In this document: positions 1 to 10,267 of the stretch, one piece after another
How positions within the stretch are numbered: position 1 is the first letter of the stretch
How the letters are laid out: each line of letters starts with the position of its first letter
IMG/VR virus record: IMGVR_UViG_3300029581_000002
Source: a virus
Lineage: Duplodnaviria > Heunggongvirae > Uroviricota > Caudoviricetes
Reading direction: 5' to 3' (one strand)
Length of the DNA: 64,000 nt
Program-made: the position numbers and the translations under genes
The notes under the pieces: generated by a model
What the model was told of the DNA's origin: nothing
The model's database searches: none
Seen by the model: the letters and a program-made list of their open reading frames with translations, nothing else

Positions 1-285
1 GGCTTTAGCTGTTGGTCTATCTACAGACTCTACAAGAATAAAAGACTCTGGTTGCAGTACTAATTCATGTACTGCCGAACCAAAGTACAGCGAATCGGAG
101 TATCTTCCATCAGCACCCAGTCCTGCTAAATAAGCTTCTGGGCTACCTCCTTGTTCTGGGTTTATAAGCTTCAATCTAGAATTACTAATGTAATCAGAAT
201 AAGCTTCACTGAAATACTCCTCATCACTTATCTCAAGGAACTTGATAGTTTCAATTAGTGGTGTAATTTTAATGTCTTTAAGCAT
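1..285 (-). CDS. hypothetical protein, partial; N-terminal part in window, 3' end beyond window start
   Basis: ATG at 285..283 opens a frame that stays open to position 1 (MLKDIKITPLIETIKF...). It overlaps the stop of the next gene by a few nt. Confidence 0.35.
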   Translation of the reverse strand, partial: MLKDIKITPLIETIKFLEISDEEYFSEAYSDYISNSRLKLINPEQGGSPEAYLAGLGADGRYSDSLYFGSAVHELVLQPESFILVESVDRPTAKA

Positions 286-781
286 AACTCCTCATGAATT
301 GATAAGCATCTATAATCTCATCTTTACATAAGGAGAATACTTTAAACATAGGAAAGTCAATAGTCCTTTCTGTATGCATTAATAATGCAGGCAGTCCAGA
401 ACGTTGACATTTTAGTACGTTACTTAAAGAATCGTCAATAAAGACATCCACTTTACCTTTAATCATATCAGCCTTATTACCGTGTTGGTAATACATTTGA
501 TAGACTGGTCTATCTGGGAATCCATTTCGTCTTAGCCATTCTTTAGTCCAAGTTTTATTGTTTACACGTTTAGTGCAATATAATTCCGGAACAAAATCAG
601 GTCTGTTAACTACTTTGAGATTTAACCAGAAGTCTCTGTCCTTACTAAGAATACGTTGTACATTCCTAGTAATCATGCTATCTTCAAGCATACGTGGATT
701 ACTAGCTGTATCGAAGTACTCACAGTAAGCACCCCAAAAGTCAGCTAGACAATCGTCAATATCTAAACCTATTCTAAACAT
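278..781 (-). CDS. HAD-superfamily 5'(3')-deoxyribonucleotidase-like protein
   Basis: N-terminal GLDIDDCLADF matches the HAD DxDx(T/V) motif. Size of 167 aa and overall pattern are typical of NT5C-like dNMP nucleotidases. Confidence 0.5.
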   Translation of the reverse strand: MFRIGLDIDDCLADFWGAYCEYFDTASNPRMLEDSMITRNVQRILSKDRDFWLNLKVVNRPDFVPELYCTKRVNNKTWTKEWLRRNGFPDRPVYQMYYQHGNKADMIKGKVDVFIDDSLSNVLKCQRSGLPALLMHTERTIDFPMFKVFSLCKDEIIDAYQFMRSYA

Positions 782-800
782 TCATTGTCATCTTGTACGA

Positions 801-1022
801 CTAGAACTCTTCTATATCGTATATGTCACCAATAATTATCTCTTTGTCTTTAGCCATAGTACCTGCCAGTTCATCATAATCACCTGGAGGGTCTATGTCA
901 TAATCTGTAATGAATAAGTCAATAAACTTATCCTCAGCTTCTGTAAAGCTTCTAGCTCTTACCTTCTCTAGCCATAAATCACCGTCGTCCAGACTATAAC
1001 AAGGCAGAATATAAGTGTTCAT
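801..1022 (-). CDS. hypothetical protein
   Basis: 73-aa ORF co-oriented in the gene array. Confidence 0.35.
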   Translation of the reverse strand: MNTYILPCYSLDDGDLWLEKVRARSFTEAEDKFIDLFITDYDIDPPGDYDELAGTMAKDKEIIIGDIYDIEEF

Positions 1023-1133
1023 CAGCAGATATAATAATTAAATGATTCAAGATTTAGTAAGTCAAGATGTGAATATATCAAATTTGCCATAGGATATTCT
1101 AATCAAGCATTACTAAACAAAGAAAGCCACAGA

Positions 1134-1529
1134 TTACTCCGTAGCCTTCTTAATAAGTTCATAAAAGAAATCTTTACTCATCATAACGTATTCTCCGTCA
1201 GAGCCCATGTTTACTCCCTTGTCAATCTGCTTGTTCCAGATTATTACTAAGGGTCTATCTTTACGACCACATGTTTTGATAATTTCAGCAATAGACGGTG
1301 TGTTCTTAGTACATTTACATTGTACGTAACATGGCAATTTGTCCTCGGTTTCAGCTATGTCAATTTTAGCATCGTCCAGATTCTTGGACTCACTACGAGA
1401 TGACTTTAGGCCTTTATAACCAAGTCCTATCAATTCCTTAATAATCTTAAGTTCATAATTATTACCTTTACGTTTAGCATATGCACCGTTACGTTTCTTC
1501 TTCGGTTTTACTTCTTCAGTGTTCTCCAT
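1134..1529 (-). CDS. putative Holliday-junction resolvase / PD-(D/E)XK nuclease-like protein
   Basis: Basic N-terminus, a D...E.K-like pattern (DDAKIDIAETED...QCKC) and 131 aa length resemble Hjc-type resolvases. The call is weak. Confidence 0.3.
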   Translation of the reverse strand: MENTEEVKPKKKRNGAYAKRKGNNYELKIIKELIGLGYKGLKSSRSESKNLDDAKIDIAETEDKLPCYVQCKCTKNTPSIAEIIKTCGRKDRPLVIIWNKQIDKGVNMGSDGEYVMMSKDFFYELIKKATE

Positions 1530-2512
1530 GCCCTTTCAATTAAATTAAGTGTCTTCTCTCTACCATATTTAGCATGAAAGTCAGATATATCTTTAGCTCC
1601 ATAAGACCTAGGAATGAAGATGCAGTCTATGTTAAACTTCTTTCTTATCTGGTTCATGTTATGAATGCCAGGCAAGTCGTTATCATAGAATACAACTATC
1701 TTCTTAAATCTTTTACTCAACTTCTCGAATTGAGATTCAGTTAAGAATAAATTCTCTGAATTAGGAGCTATTGCAGTAATTCCTAAAGAATATAGACACA
1801 TAACGTCTTTCATACTCTTAGTAACTACTAACAAATCGCCTTCTGCCGGAAGCTGATGTGCTCCCTGTAACATGATAGACTTCCAGTTAGATAGAAACCG
1901 TGTAGTTCCTCTTTCTCTAAATGGAAAGTAGATTCTCCATAACTCAACCCCTTTATCGTTCTTACCACGATAATAGCCAAACATGGGATTCTGTGGACCA
2001 GTAGTGGCATAATAACTGCCATTTAAATAGACAGCCTTGCAAGAATAGACTCTGAATCTCTTCAGAATCTCCTTAGTAATGCCATATTGTGCCCACCACT
2101 GTAGTTCAGATTCAGTGAACTCTTGTACATCAGCTCTTATAATCGCAGGTCCATCGTCCTTAAATTCAGACTTACTTGCGACTACAGGCTTATTGTTCTT
2201 AGGTAACGTTTTATGAGTTATATAGCCAAAGTCGTTAGCAATTATTTGCAATGCCTTATAATAAGTACAACTATACTTATACATAACCACACTAATGAAA
2301 TTACCATAGAACTGTCCGCTGAAGTCATTGAATATGATGTCTCCAGACGCATTCCTATAAAAGGAACACGTAGGAGAATTATCATTTCTCAACGGAGATT
2401 TAAACAACCCTTTCTTAACTGGGATTCCTAGATAGTACTCAAGATAAGTTTCCTGAGTCTGCCTTTCAAGTAAATACTTCTTAGTAATTTTAGGTTCATA
2501 TTCCAATACCAT
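1508..2512 (-). CDS. DNA primase (DnaG/TOPRIM-like)
   Basis: Zinc-binding-like SPLRNDNSPTCSF segment followed by a TOPRIM-like acidic motif VVFYDNDLPG. It sits next to the helicase and SSB genes. Confidence 0.6.
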   Translation of the reverse strand: MVLEYEPKITKKYLLERQTQETYLEYYLGIPVKKGLFKSPLRNDNSPTCSFYRNASGDIIFNDFSGQFYGNFISVVMYKYSCTYYKALQIIANDFGYITHKTLPKNNKPVVASKSEFKDDGPAIIRADVQEFTESELQWWAQYGITKEILKRFRVYSCKAVYLNGSYYATTGPQNPMFGYYRGKNDKGVELWRIYFPFRERGTTRFLSNWKSIMLQGAHQLPAEGDLLVVTKSMKDVMCLYSLGITAIAPNSENLFLTESQFEKLSKRFKKIVVFYDNDLPGIHNMNQIRKKFNIDCIFIPRSYGAKDISDFHAKYGREKTLNLIERAWRTLKK

Positions 2513-2559
2513 ATTATTTCAATGTTTAATGTTTGAACCTCAAATTTACTAATTAATTA

Positions 2560-3243
2560 TTACACTTCAAAGTCAAGGTCTGCGTTATCTGTGGCTGCAT
2601 CATTAGATGCTGCAAAATCGTCAGAACTTGTACCAGGCATATCAGTAGGGCCGTTACTCTTCTGTTTATTCATCTGACTGATTTCATAGTCAGAGAAGAA
2701 TACTTTGTCTCCTAACCAGTTGTTAGAGATATATGCATCACCTGCTTTACTGATATTGACGAAATAAGGCAGACAAGGTTCGCCTTTCTTATTAGCAATC
2801 AGCTTCAGATTAGTATGCTTATTAACTGCATCCTTAGTGATGTCGGCAAATGTCTTTACCAATTTCTCAAACTCTTCCGGAAGGGCAAAAGTTTTAGTTT
2901 TAAATGCTTCATATTTCTTAGGAGCAAGTTGTTCTCCAATATGAGCTAACATAAATTTAAACTTCTCAAAGTTGGACGGACTTTCACGTTCAACTCCATT
3001 GTTAGAGCTTACTTGTCTTACATCATCTCCCTCTTTAGGACAGAATACTGTTTCTTCATAAACACCATTCTCATTCTCGAATGAAATTCTCATGGTTTTG
3101 TACACTGCGTCAGGGTCTTTCTTACCCTTAAACTCATTAAATGTTATTCCCTTGAAGATAACATCGTGGATTTCCCATGGTTTCAGTCTTGGTTTAATAG
3201 ATGATGTACCGTTCGTGTTTGTTAAGTTGAAATTCATTGACAT
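2560..3243 (-). CDS. single-stranded DNA-binding protein
   Basis: 227 aa with an acidic C-terminal tail (...DDFAASNDAATDNADLDFEV) characteristic of SSB proteins. It lies in the replication module. Confidence 0.5.
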   Translation of the reverse strand: MSMNFNLTNTNGTSSIKPRLKPWEIHDVIFKGITFNEFKGKKDPDAVYKTMRISFENENGVYEETVFCPKEGDDVRQVSSNNGVERESPSNFEKFKFMLAHIGEQLAPKKYEAFKTKTFALPEEFEKLVKTFADITKDAVNKHTNLKLIANKKGEPCLPYFVNISKAGDAYISNNWLGDKVFFSDYEISQMNKQKSNGPTDMPGTSSDDFAASNDAATDNADLDFEV

Positions 3244-3255
3244 AGTTTATAAGTA

Positions 3256-3816
3256 TTAAAGTTCAAAAGTTAATGGGTCAATCTCTTTAGCTGACTCATC
3301 TCCAATCTCTGTGTCTAACGGCAAATCAATGTTGTCGCTTTCATCTTCTAATACCTCTATGTTATCTACTTCAGGCTCTTCCGGCCTTTCAGCATTACCA
3401 ACTAATACGAAGAGGTCGTCTTGACCTTTCATCGTAGTTACTGTAAATGTATCGCCATACTGACGTAGCATGTCATTAGCTTTACCTCTACAGCTGACAG
3501 ACAGACTCTTAGTAAGTTTGTTTCCACCTTTGGTTCCAAAGGCTTCATCAGTTCCTATAACGGGGAAAGTGATTCCGTCAATTTTCTGATATTTAATACT
3601 AAGTCTATCTTCCCAAGCAACTCCCATTAATTGGGCAGCTGCTTTATTAAGTATGTACTTGTTAGGGTCTAGGGTAATTTGCGGTTCAGATGTCTCTGGA
3701 ACCTCTTCCTTGACTGTTCTAGTCTTTACTTCTTCTTTGACAATTTCCTGCTTTAGAGATTTATACTCTCCAGTAGCTGGGTCAAAGTCCAAAGTTAACA
3801 GCATTTTAACTATCAT
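3256..3816 (-). CDS. hypothetical acidic protein (recombination-module associated)
   Basis: 186-aa ORF between the SSB and Sak4-like ATPase genes. Confidence 0.4.
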   Translation of the reverse strand: MIVKMLLTLDFDPATGEYKSLKQEIVKEEVKTRTVKEEVPETSEPQITLDPNKYILNKAAAQLMGVAWEDRLSIKYQKIDGITFPVIGTDEAFGTKGGNKLTKSLSVSCRGKANDMLRQYGDTFTVTTMKGQDDLFVLVGNAERPEEPEVDNIEVLEDESDNIDLPLDTEIGDESAKEIDPLTFEL

Positions 3817-4505
3817 TCTCCGTATTCAAATTTATTGATTGTGTCAATCACCATCTTCATATTAGGTTCAACATATAAATCAGGGAAACATCCTGCGGTA
3901 CTTCTACAAGTATCTGGACCAAGTGACCTTGTTCTGAATTTATAGTCAACCTCTTCATCATTTACAATCTTCTCTGCATACAGCAAATAATTAAACAGTC
4001 CATCTATATTAACAGACCTATCCAACATCTTTCCAGTAGTAAATAACTTATATTTAGGGTCATAGTCGTTACCGTCATTTACAATATGAGATATGAACAC
4101 TACAATTAAATCCTCTCTAAGAGTCATAGCCTTCATTATTAAATCATAATAGTGCTTTGCAAAGTCAATATGCTTATCATATCCTTTCTCCGCACTTCTA
4201 GACATCACCTCTTGTGAAAGAAGATAATTACTATCGTCAATTACTAAGACCTTAATCTCTGGCATTTTAACATTAACTACATTCATGATGTTCATCACTT
4301 TGGCAAATTCATTGCTGAAATACCAATTTCCAACATAGTTCTTGTCTTTGTCCTGAGTTAGCTTCTTGTAATTCTTCCTAAATCCTGGAATTGATAATTG
4401 TTTAGGAGTACAGCTAATGATAAATGTCTCCTTTGGGTTTAAATACTGTAGGGAACTAGACTTACCACTTCCCGAAAATCCTCCAAGTCCTATAATTTGG
4501 CTCAT
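3813..4505 (-). CDS. AAA_24/Sak4-like RecA-family ATPase
   Basis: Walker A GFSGSGKSS and Walker B VLVIDD. About 230 aa, adjacent to SSB, as is typical for phage Sak4 annealing ATPases. Confidence 0.5.
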   Translation of the reverse strand: MSQIIGLGGFSGSGKSSSLQYLNPKETFIISCTPKQLSIPGFRKNYKKLTQDKDKNYVGNWYFSNEFAKVMNIMNVVNVKMPEIKVLVIDDSNYLLSQEVMSRSAEKGYDKHIDFAKHYYDLIMKAMTLREDLIVVFISHIVNDGNDYDPKYKLFTTGKMLDRSVNIDGLFNYLLYAEKIVNDEEVDYKFRTRSLGPDTCRSTAGCFPDLYVEPNMKMVIDTINKFEYGE

Positions 4506-4509
4506 TAAA

Positions 4510-5601
4510 TCATAATGTTATGGTTACGCGTAAATCATCTTTCTTAGTTCGTTCTATCTCGACTTCCCTGTCTGGGAAATCAATAATAGTCCAATCTGGA
4601 TTCTTATACTTGTCATAATCATTGATTTCAGACGCAGACGGAAGCTCTTTAAAGATACCACACCTACCATAAAATCCTACACCAATGGCTACGTCAGACG
4701 CACCAAATCTATTCTTAAGAACCAATAATGACCTGAAACCATCCTTTAGCTCTTTAATGCAATATCCTCTATATGTAGACAATTTGCTTCTAAATGGATT
4801 AAATAATACCAATACTACATTGGCATCCTCACTCGGAGAACCACTCTCTTTTAAATCTGACAAATCAGGTTCTTGCAAGCCTTGTTTTAGTCGTTCTGCA
4901 TTATTAGCATTTCTATTGAACTGCATAATATTGATTGGAGATATCTTACATTTATTTCTAAATGAGACACCATATGCCGATATTGTATCAATCTCCTCTT
5001 TCTTGCTACGACCCAACTGTGGTCTCACTAAGCCTAAGTGGTCAGTAATTACTGCGATAATTTGTTTCGGATTATTAAGTTCATAAGTATCTTCATCAAC
5101 AAAGGTTCCAAATTTCTTTAAATCCTCTATGATTAGAGACTTATACTTCTCTGAATTGAGAGTGCCGTCATGTATTATTAGTCTGTCCTCTATAGATTCT
5201 AGCCATGGAATACATTCCTGTACTAACTCATAATCCTCATCAGAGAGTGTAGAGTCCTTGCCTCTAGACAATAACTCTTTAAAAGATATTTGTTTACCAT
5301 ATGTCTCATATATATGAAGAGAAAGCAATTTAGCAAGTAACTGCTCAGCACTCATCTCCAAAGAGAATATAATAAACTGAACATCCTTATCAGAATCAGA
5401 GTCCAGTAGAGCCTTATATATAAAGGAGTGAAGCACGAAACTAGTCTTACCGTTACCAGTTCCTGCGGCAATCAGGTAATAGGTCTCTTGAGTTAATCCG
5501 TCAATTATATGCTCCAGCTTAGGCATTCCAAGTGATAATCCTTGATTGTCACCTTCTCTGCCTCTTTTGATAAGTTCGATTAGTCTGCTAGTATATGTCA
5601 T
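4510..5601 (-). CDS. replicative DNA helicase (DnaB-like C-terminal domain)
   Basis: LSLGMPKLEHIIDGLTQETYYLIAAGTGNGKTSF reads as a DnaB C-terminal RecA-like domain with its Walker A motif. Confidence 0.7.
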   Translation of the reverse strand: MTYTSRLIELIKRGREGDNQGLSLGMPKLEHIIDGLTQETYYLIAAGTGNGKTSFVLHSFIYKALLDSDSDKDVQFIIFSLEMSAEQLLAKLLSLHIYETYGKQISFKELLSRGKDSTLSDEDYELVQECIPWLESIEDRLIIHDGTLNSEKYKSLIIEDLKKFGTFVDEDTYELNNPKQIIAVITDHLGLVRPQLGRSKKEEIDTISAYGVSFRNKCKISPINIMQFNRNANNAERLKQGLQEPDLSDLKESGSPSEDANVVLVLFNPFRSKLSTYRGYCIKELKDGFRSLLVLKNRFGASDVAIGVGFYGRCGIFKELPSASEINDYDKYKNPDWTIIDFPDREVEIERTKKDDLRVTITL

Positions 5602-6221
5602 AGTTCCGTCATAGTATCAAACACTAATTCTTCATATGTTCCATCTTTAAACTTCTCGATGCCTTCCCAAGCCTTAGACATTATAAAGTCAGCAATATTG
5701 ACGTTTATCAGATTACATTTGTTCTGTTTAGCCCAATTGACTAACTCTATCACTCTTTTATGATTCTCAAGTTTCCACCCTATATTCTTGCCATATCTAA
5801 AGAACATATCTTCCAAAGTGTTAAACTTCTTAGACCAGTTCTTTAAACTATACTCCCTACCATTAATAATGACAATATCTGGGTATGCTTCCCAGAACTC
5901 TCCTCCCAGGTCTCCGGAATATTTTCTATAATTCTTAATGAAGTTTTCATTAAAGATTACAGATTCAGGGTCAAACGTCTGACCCTCTGCGGGAATTTTA
6001 TACTTCTTAGTAATGACTCCCTTCACCTGTAGACTTAATAATACGTCTCTAAGGCGGGTTTTAGTTATTGGCATTCCCAGATATCGGATGAGGGAGTCTT
6101 TATGTCCCTCTTCTGGTTGTGCCAAGAATAGCAACTCAATCATTAACAACTCCTCAGCAGTAAGCCTATACTGCTCCATTATTAACAACTGATTCTCTAT
6201 TGTTAAACTTAATTTCTCCAA
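5598..6221 (-). CDS. hypothetical protein (possible helicase-associated/loader)
   Basis: 207-aa ORF translationally coupled immediately upstream of the helicase. Confidence 0.4.
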   Translation of the reverse strand: MEKLSLTIENQLLIMEQYRLTAEELLMIELLFLAQPEEGHKDSLIRYLGMPITKTRLRDVLLSLQVKGVITKKYKIPAEGQTFDPESVIFNENFIKNYRKYSGDLGGEFWEAYPDIVIINGREYSLKNWSKKFNTLEDMFFRYGKNIGWKLENHKRVIELVNWAKQNKCNLINVNIADFIMSKAWEGIEKFKDGTYEELVFDTMTEL

Positions 6222-6274
6222 GCGTATTGATTAATAAGTAAATAACTTACTAATCTATCAGCTGTGATACTTTG

Positions 6275-6499
6275 TTATTCTGATTTCTCAGTGTCCTCAA
6301 TCACATAAGCTTCGCCTGCTACTTCGTAAGGAGCTATAAACTCTTTAAAGAGTTCTGTCTGCCTTGCTACCATAGCCTTGACGTCATAGATTCCACCTTC
6401 AAATTCAATTTCACCGTTTTCGTTGACACCACTAGCATGAATGATACTATCAAACGTGTTAGTAAGCATTACAAGTTCAAGCAATCTTTCAGTTGTCAT
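6275..6499 (-). CDS. hypothetical protein
   Basis: 74-aa ORF. Confidence 0.3.
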   Translation of the reverse strand: MTTERLLELVMLTNTFDSIIHASGVNENGEIEFEGGIYDVKAMVARQTELFKEFIAPYEVAGEAYVIEDTEKSE

Positions 6500-6559
6500 G
6501 TAATTTTGACCGTTAAGGATTACAAAGATACGATAATCTTGTTACATTTCAAAACGAAT

Positions 6560-6760
6560 CTACTTAAATTTCAGGCTCGTAATAAGACTCTGCACATCTA
6601 GAGGGCTACGCTCTAAATGCACAGACATCATGCAAATACGATGCTCTGAATGCTTCTCTAACAGCTCTAATAGCTTAACAGCATCAACATCAGTAGATAC
6701 TGTTGAAGTTCTATCAGGCTGCCCTTCAGCACCTATGTTGCAATATAACACTCTAAACAT
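6560..6760 (-). CDS. hypothetical protein
   Basis: 66-aa ORF abutting the helicase gene. Confidence 0.3.
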   Translation of the reverse strand: MFRVLYCNIGAEGQPDRTSTVSTDVDAVKLLELLEKHSEHRICMMSVHLERSPLDVQSLITSLKFK

Positions 6761-8034
6761 TAGAACCTAAATATCATTTTAGTTTCTTTGTTCTTCTTAG
6801 GAGTAAATTCTCGCCCTTCTAGTAGATTTAATAAATCAGAATCGGCTATAGTGATATAATCCTTACTACCAGTACTCTTGCGAAACCATTCTTCTTCAAC
6901 AGTTCCCTTGATTACTAAAGTAAAGACTTCCGCTACTTTATTCTCTGCCTTTCTAATAACTCTACCTATTCTCTGCGTCTTAGACGTAGGACTGGAATCA
7001 TATCCAAGAATAACGGCTACTGACAGTCCTGGTATGTCAGCTCCTTCATCTAACATCTTAGAAGTATTAAGTACTCCCACAGATGCTGATTTAAACTCCT
7101 CTAAAGTCATCCTTCCCTTCTTCTTAGTTTCCTTACTAGATAGTACCTTACCATGCTTGATTTGTTCGGCAATCTTGATTGTCTTACTAAAAGTAATACA
7201 TTTCTTGTCTTGCCTATGCTCAAGTATCATATTTGTAAGTTCTATCTTTTTAGGATGTTCATAAATAAACTTCTTCCTTGCCTGTAAAGTCCTATTGAAA
7301 CCCATAGCATGAATTAGAATGGTCTTATTAAGAGCTTTCCATTCATCTGGTTTCTTGTCAAAGTCGGGAAGCATAGTTTTAGCTAGCTCAATTCTCTTCT
7401 GCCATTTAGTAGCACAAGCCATAGCAAGTGTAAAATCATGACCGAAGAAAGCAAAATGCTCATAAAACTCTCTATTTAACTCATAGTATTTGTCTAGATT
7501 GTCTACTTCTACCATGACTTTGTATTCTCTGTAAGGAGATAGCCAGCCTCTAGCAGTAGCTTCACTAACATCTACTCTATCAACTACTGGACAATACTTC
7601 TTGATATAACTATCCTTACCGTCTAGTCGTTCCATAGTTGCAGTTAAACCTAGAATTATTTTATACTTGACTACTTCAAATACCTTTCCAAACAGGTCGG
7701 AAGCATATTTATGACATTCATCAAGTACTAGCAAATCACATGTCCACTCATGTTTCACAACAGAGTTTATTATTAGTACCTCGTACACCATTGGGACTTG
7801 CTGCTCTGTTAAATCACTAAGCCATTGTCTCTGTAGTGCATCAGTAGGTACTACTATTATAATTCTTCTACCAGGATTCTTAGCCAAGAATCTTTTCATA
7901 CACATAATGGCAGTTCTAGTCTTACCGAAACCGGTACAATAGACTAAAGAACCACGCAACTTATTATCTACCCAACGTTGAACACCAATTGCTTGGCGTT
8001 CATCTCTGCTTACGTTTCCGAATAAGTCTGCCAC
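6760..8034 (-). CDS. SF2 DEAD/DEAH-box helicase
   Basis: Motif I CTGFGKTR, motif II LVLDECH and motif III LGLTAT are all present. Confidence 0.65.
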   Translation of the reverse strand: MADLFGNVSRDERQAIGVQRWVDNKLRGSLVYCTGFGKTRTAIMCMKRFLAKNPGRRIIIVVPTDALQRQWLSDLTEQQVPMVYEVLIINSVVKHEWTCDLLVLDECHKYASDLFGKVFEVVKYKIILGLTATMERLDGKDSYIKKYCPVVDRVDVSEATARGWLSPYREYKVMVEVDNLDKYYELNREFYEHFAFFGHDFTLAMACATKWQKRIELAKTMLPDFDKKPDEWKALNKTILIHAMGFNRTLQARKKFIYEHPKKIELTNMILEHRQDKKCITFSKTIKIAEQIKHGKVLSSKETKKKGRMTLEEFKSASVGVLNTSKMLDEGADIPGLSVAVILGYDSSPTSKTQRIGRVIRKAENKVAEVFTLVIKGTVEEEWFRKSTGSKDYITIADSDLLNLLEGREFTPKKNKETKMIFRF

Positions 8035-8187
8035 TTGTTATAGGCTAAGCCCTTAATTAATAACTCATTTGAATCTATTACCTTGAACCCTGTTATTTAA
8101 TATTAGTAAATTCTCACAAGTTACGTTAAGCAGCTTATACCTACTACATAGTAATCTGGATTAACTGTGGTCAGCATCCAGAGTACA

Positions 8188-9030
8188 TTATAAAGTATAG
8201 CCTTTAGCATCACATACTAATTTAATTTGGTTCTTGCGAGTTTCCCACTGAGATATATGGAACTTCACTTCATCTTCCAAAGAATACAAGATTCTATTTC
8301 TAAGAACCTTTAATTGGTCAGTAGTTAGTTCTGTATACTTCTTACTCTTCAAATTAACCATAGAACGAAGCTGTGAATAGCTAAGTCCTTTAGGAGTAAC
8401 ATAAAGAGGCATTGTGGGCTTCAGACCTAGTCTTTCCTTCGCCACTTCAATCTTATCTCTTATCTGACCTGTCTTAGGGTCTTTCTCCACTAAGTCCTTG
8501 CTCTCTTGAGCAGTGAACCATAGACCTTGCTTGAGAATAAATGTAAGAGTAATGTGTTGTTTGTTGAACTTTCCCAGTCTGTCCAAACAACCTTCGCGTA
8601 CTGTCTCTGTTGGAATGTCTCCAAACTCTTTAGGACAGCCGCACATAGTTCCTTCAATTGGATACTCTTTCGGGTCTATACCGTCCTTATTAATATCCAA
8701 GAAAGAGACTAACGCCTCTAGGAACTTAAACCTTGGCATATGCTGCTCCTGTTCTAACCAGCGCAAGAACAATTCTGCGTTACAACGCTGACGCTGGTCT
8801 TTAATAATGTCCAATAGAACATAACGACCAGGATAGTCCTTGTTAGTATTATAGAGCATAGAATCACAATGTGCATAGAAATTACGAAGTTCTTCTTCAG
8901 TACAATCAACCAAGCGTTTCTCCTCTTGTACTAAAGCTCCATTTACTTCTTGCTTACGACCCTTCCAAATGAAAGAGTTGATGTCATTATTCTTTCTATC
9001 GATAGCTGATGCCAATTTCTCTCTGAACAT
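8188..9030 (-). CDS. hypothetical protein
   Basis: 280-aa ORF. Confidence 0.4.
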   Translation of the reverse strand: MFREKLASAIDRKNNDINSFIWKGRKQEVNGALVQEEKRLVDCTEEELRNFYAHCDSMLYNTNKDYPGRYVLLDIIKDQRQRCNAELFLRWLEQEQHMPRFKFLEALVSFLDINKDGIDPKEYPIEGTMCGCPKEFGDIPTETVREGCLDRLGKFNKQHITLTFILKQGLWFTAQESKDLVEKDPKTGQIRDKIEVAKERLGLKPTMPLYVTPKGLSYSQLRSMVNLKSKKYTELTTDQLKVLRNRILYSLEDEVKFHISQWETRKNQIKLVCDAKGYTL

Positions 9031-9086
9031 AGATATATCATATTAATTTTAGATAATGGTCTAATCTCGTTAATTTAGATAATCTT

Positions 9087-9392
9087 TTACAGTATAATCT
9101 CACCTTCTGGTGGTTTCTCATAAACAAAGTCTTCGAAATATATATCGGTATATTTATACTTCTCAAAGGAGTCAGTGATGGGATTATACCATGTGTCTTC
9201 CCCTGCATATACTTCCTTACATTTCAAATACCCGATGTCACCAACTCTTAAGAATGGACCTTCCCAGTTAGGACATCGGGTACACATTTTATATGTGCCG
9301 TTTGACAAATCTTTGAATGCATAGACTATATAACCACCAGCATCTTCCTTACTAGCTAGTAATTCAACGCGTATGGTATATTGAATCATCAT
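9087..9392 (-). CDS. hypothetical protein
   Basis: 101-aa ORF. Confidence 0.35.
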   Translation of the reverse strand: MMIQYTIRVELLASKEDAGGYIVYAFKDLSNGTYKMCTRCPNWEGPFLRVGDIGYLKCKEVYAGEDTWYNPITDSFEKYKYTDIYFEDFVYEKPPEGEIIL

Positions 9393-9595
9393 TCCGAGCC
9401 CACCAGCTCATTTTGTCGTTTATTAACCCCACCGTCTTTATAATGCACACAACCATACTTGGCGAAATCACAAACACTGCGCTCAATACCTCTGAAACAG
9501 GGATATCTAGAACAGTCTTTGCAAGTTCTCTCGGGGTATTTGTACTTTACTCCATCTCTGTCCTTATCAAAACTGTCAGATAGTTTGTTCGCCAT
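9389..9595 (-). CDS. hypothetical Cys-rich small protein
   Basis: 68 aa with several Cys (CKDCSRYPC...C...C), possibly a zinc-binding protein. Confidence 0.3.
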   Translation of the reverse strand: MANKLSDSFDKDRDGVKYKYPERTCKDCSRYPCFRGIERSVCDFAKYGCVHYKDGGVNKRQNELVGSE

Positions 9596-9624
9596 GTTCC
9601 GAATAGTAGTTTGCCAAGAATTTG

Positions 9625-10038
9625 CTATTTAATCAGTAAGGCTAATAATAAGCCTACACTGATAGCAAATCCTCCTATTGACAATGTAGTTAATCTCTTG
9701 TTCTTTTTGTTCATCTTAGCTATCTGCTCCCGTTGCTTACTAATAGCTTCATCATACATCTGCATTTGCAATTCTGCTCGTGCTAGTTGTTGAAGTCTTA
9801 TACTATCAGTTTTAGCATAGTTAGCAGTTAGTAATTCATAAGATGTAAGCTGTTTATTGAGTTCAAACCTCTCTAGCTTAAGCTTCTTATGCTCCAGAAA
9901 TATAAGGTTACTAGCCTTTAATTGCTGTGGAGTAATCACAACTAAAGAGTCATCTACCAGCTTGGGATACATATTCTGCGAAGAAAGATGCATCAGCGGC
10001 AATAGACTGATTAGTAATATCAATAAGCTCCTTTTCAT
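9625..10038 (-). CDS. secreted/membrane-anchored hypothetical protein
   Basis: N-terminal signal-like MKRSLLILLISLLPL and a C-terminal hydrophobic helix. Confidence 0.4.
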   Translation of the reverse strand: MKRSLLILLISLLPLMHLSSQNMYPKLVDDSLVVITPQQLKASNLIFLEHKKLKLERFELNKQLTSYELLTANYAKTDSIRLQQLARAELQMQMYDEAISKQREQIAKMNKKNKRLTTLSIGGFAISVGLLLALLIK

Positions 10039-10267
10039 ACCAATTATTAATAGTGTCTATCTTACCTTTAGAATTGGTAATGACACTAATTAGACTGTCG
10101 TTAGTAATTTCTAACTTCCTTACTTCCTTATTGAGCGAGTCTATAGCTTGCTCATATTTAGTGTTGTCAGGAATAACTACTGTGTTTCTATCCTTGCAAG
10201 CCCATGCTATACCAAGGCATATAGCAGCAGCAATCACACCTCCAACGAAAGCATCCTTAAATTTCAT
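9950..10267 (-). CDS. hypothetical membrane protein
   Basis: N-terminal TM helix (FVGGVIAAAICLGIAWA). It overlaps the downstream ORF by about 90 nt, so the true start of the neighbour may be later. Confidence 0.3.
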   Translation of the reverse strand: MKFKDAFVGGVIAAAICLGIAWACKDRNTVVIPDNTKYEQAIDSLNKEVRKLEITNDSLISVITNSKGKIDTINNWYEKELIDITNQSIAADASFFAEYVSQAGR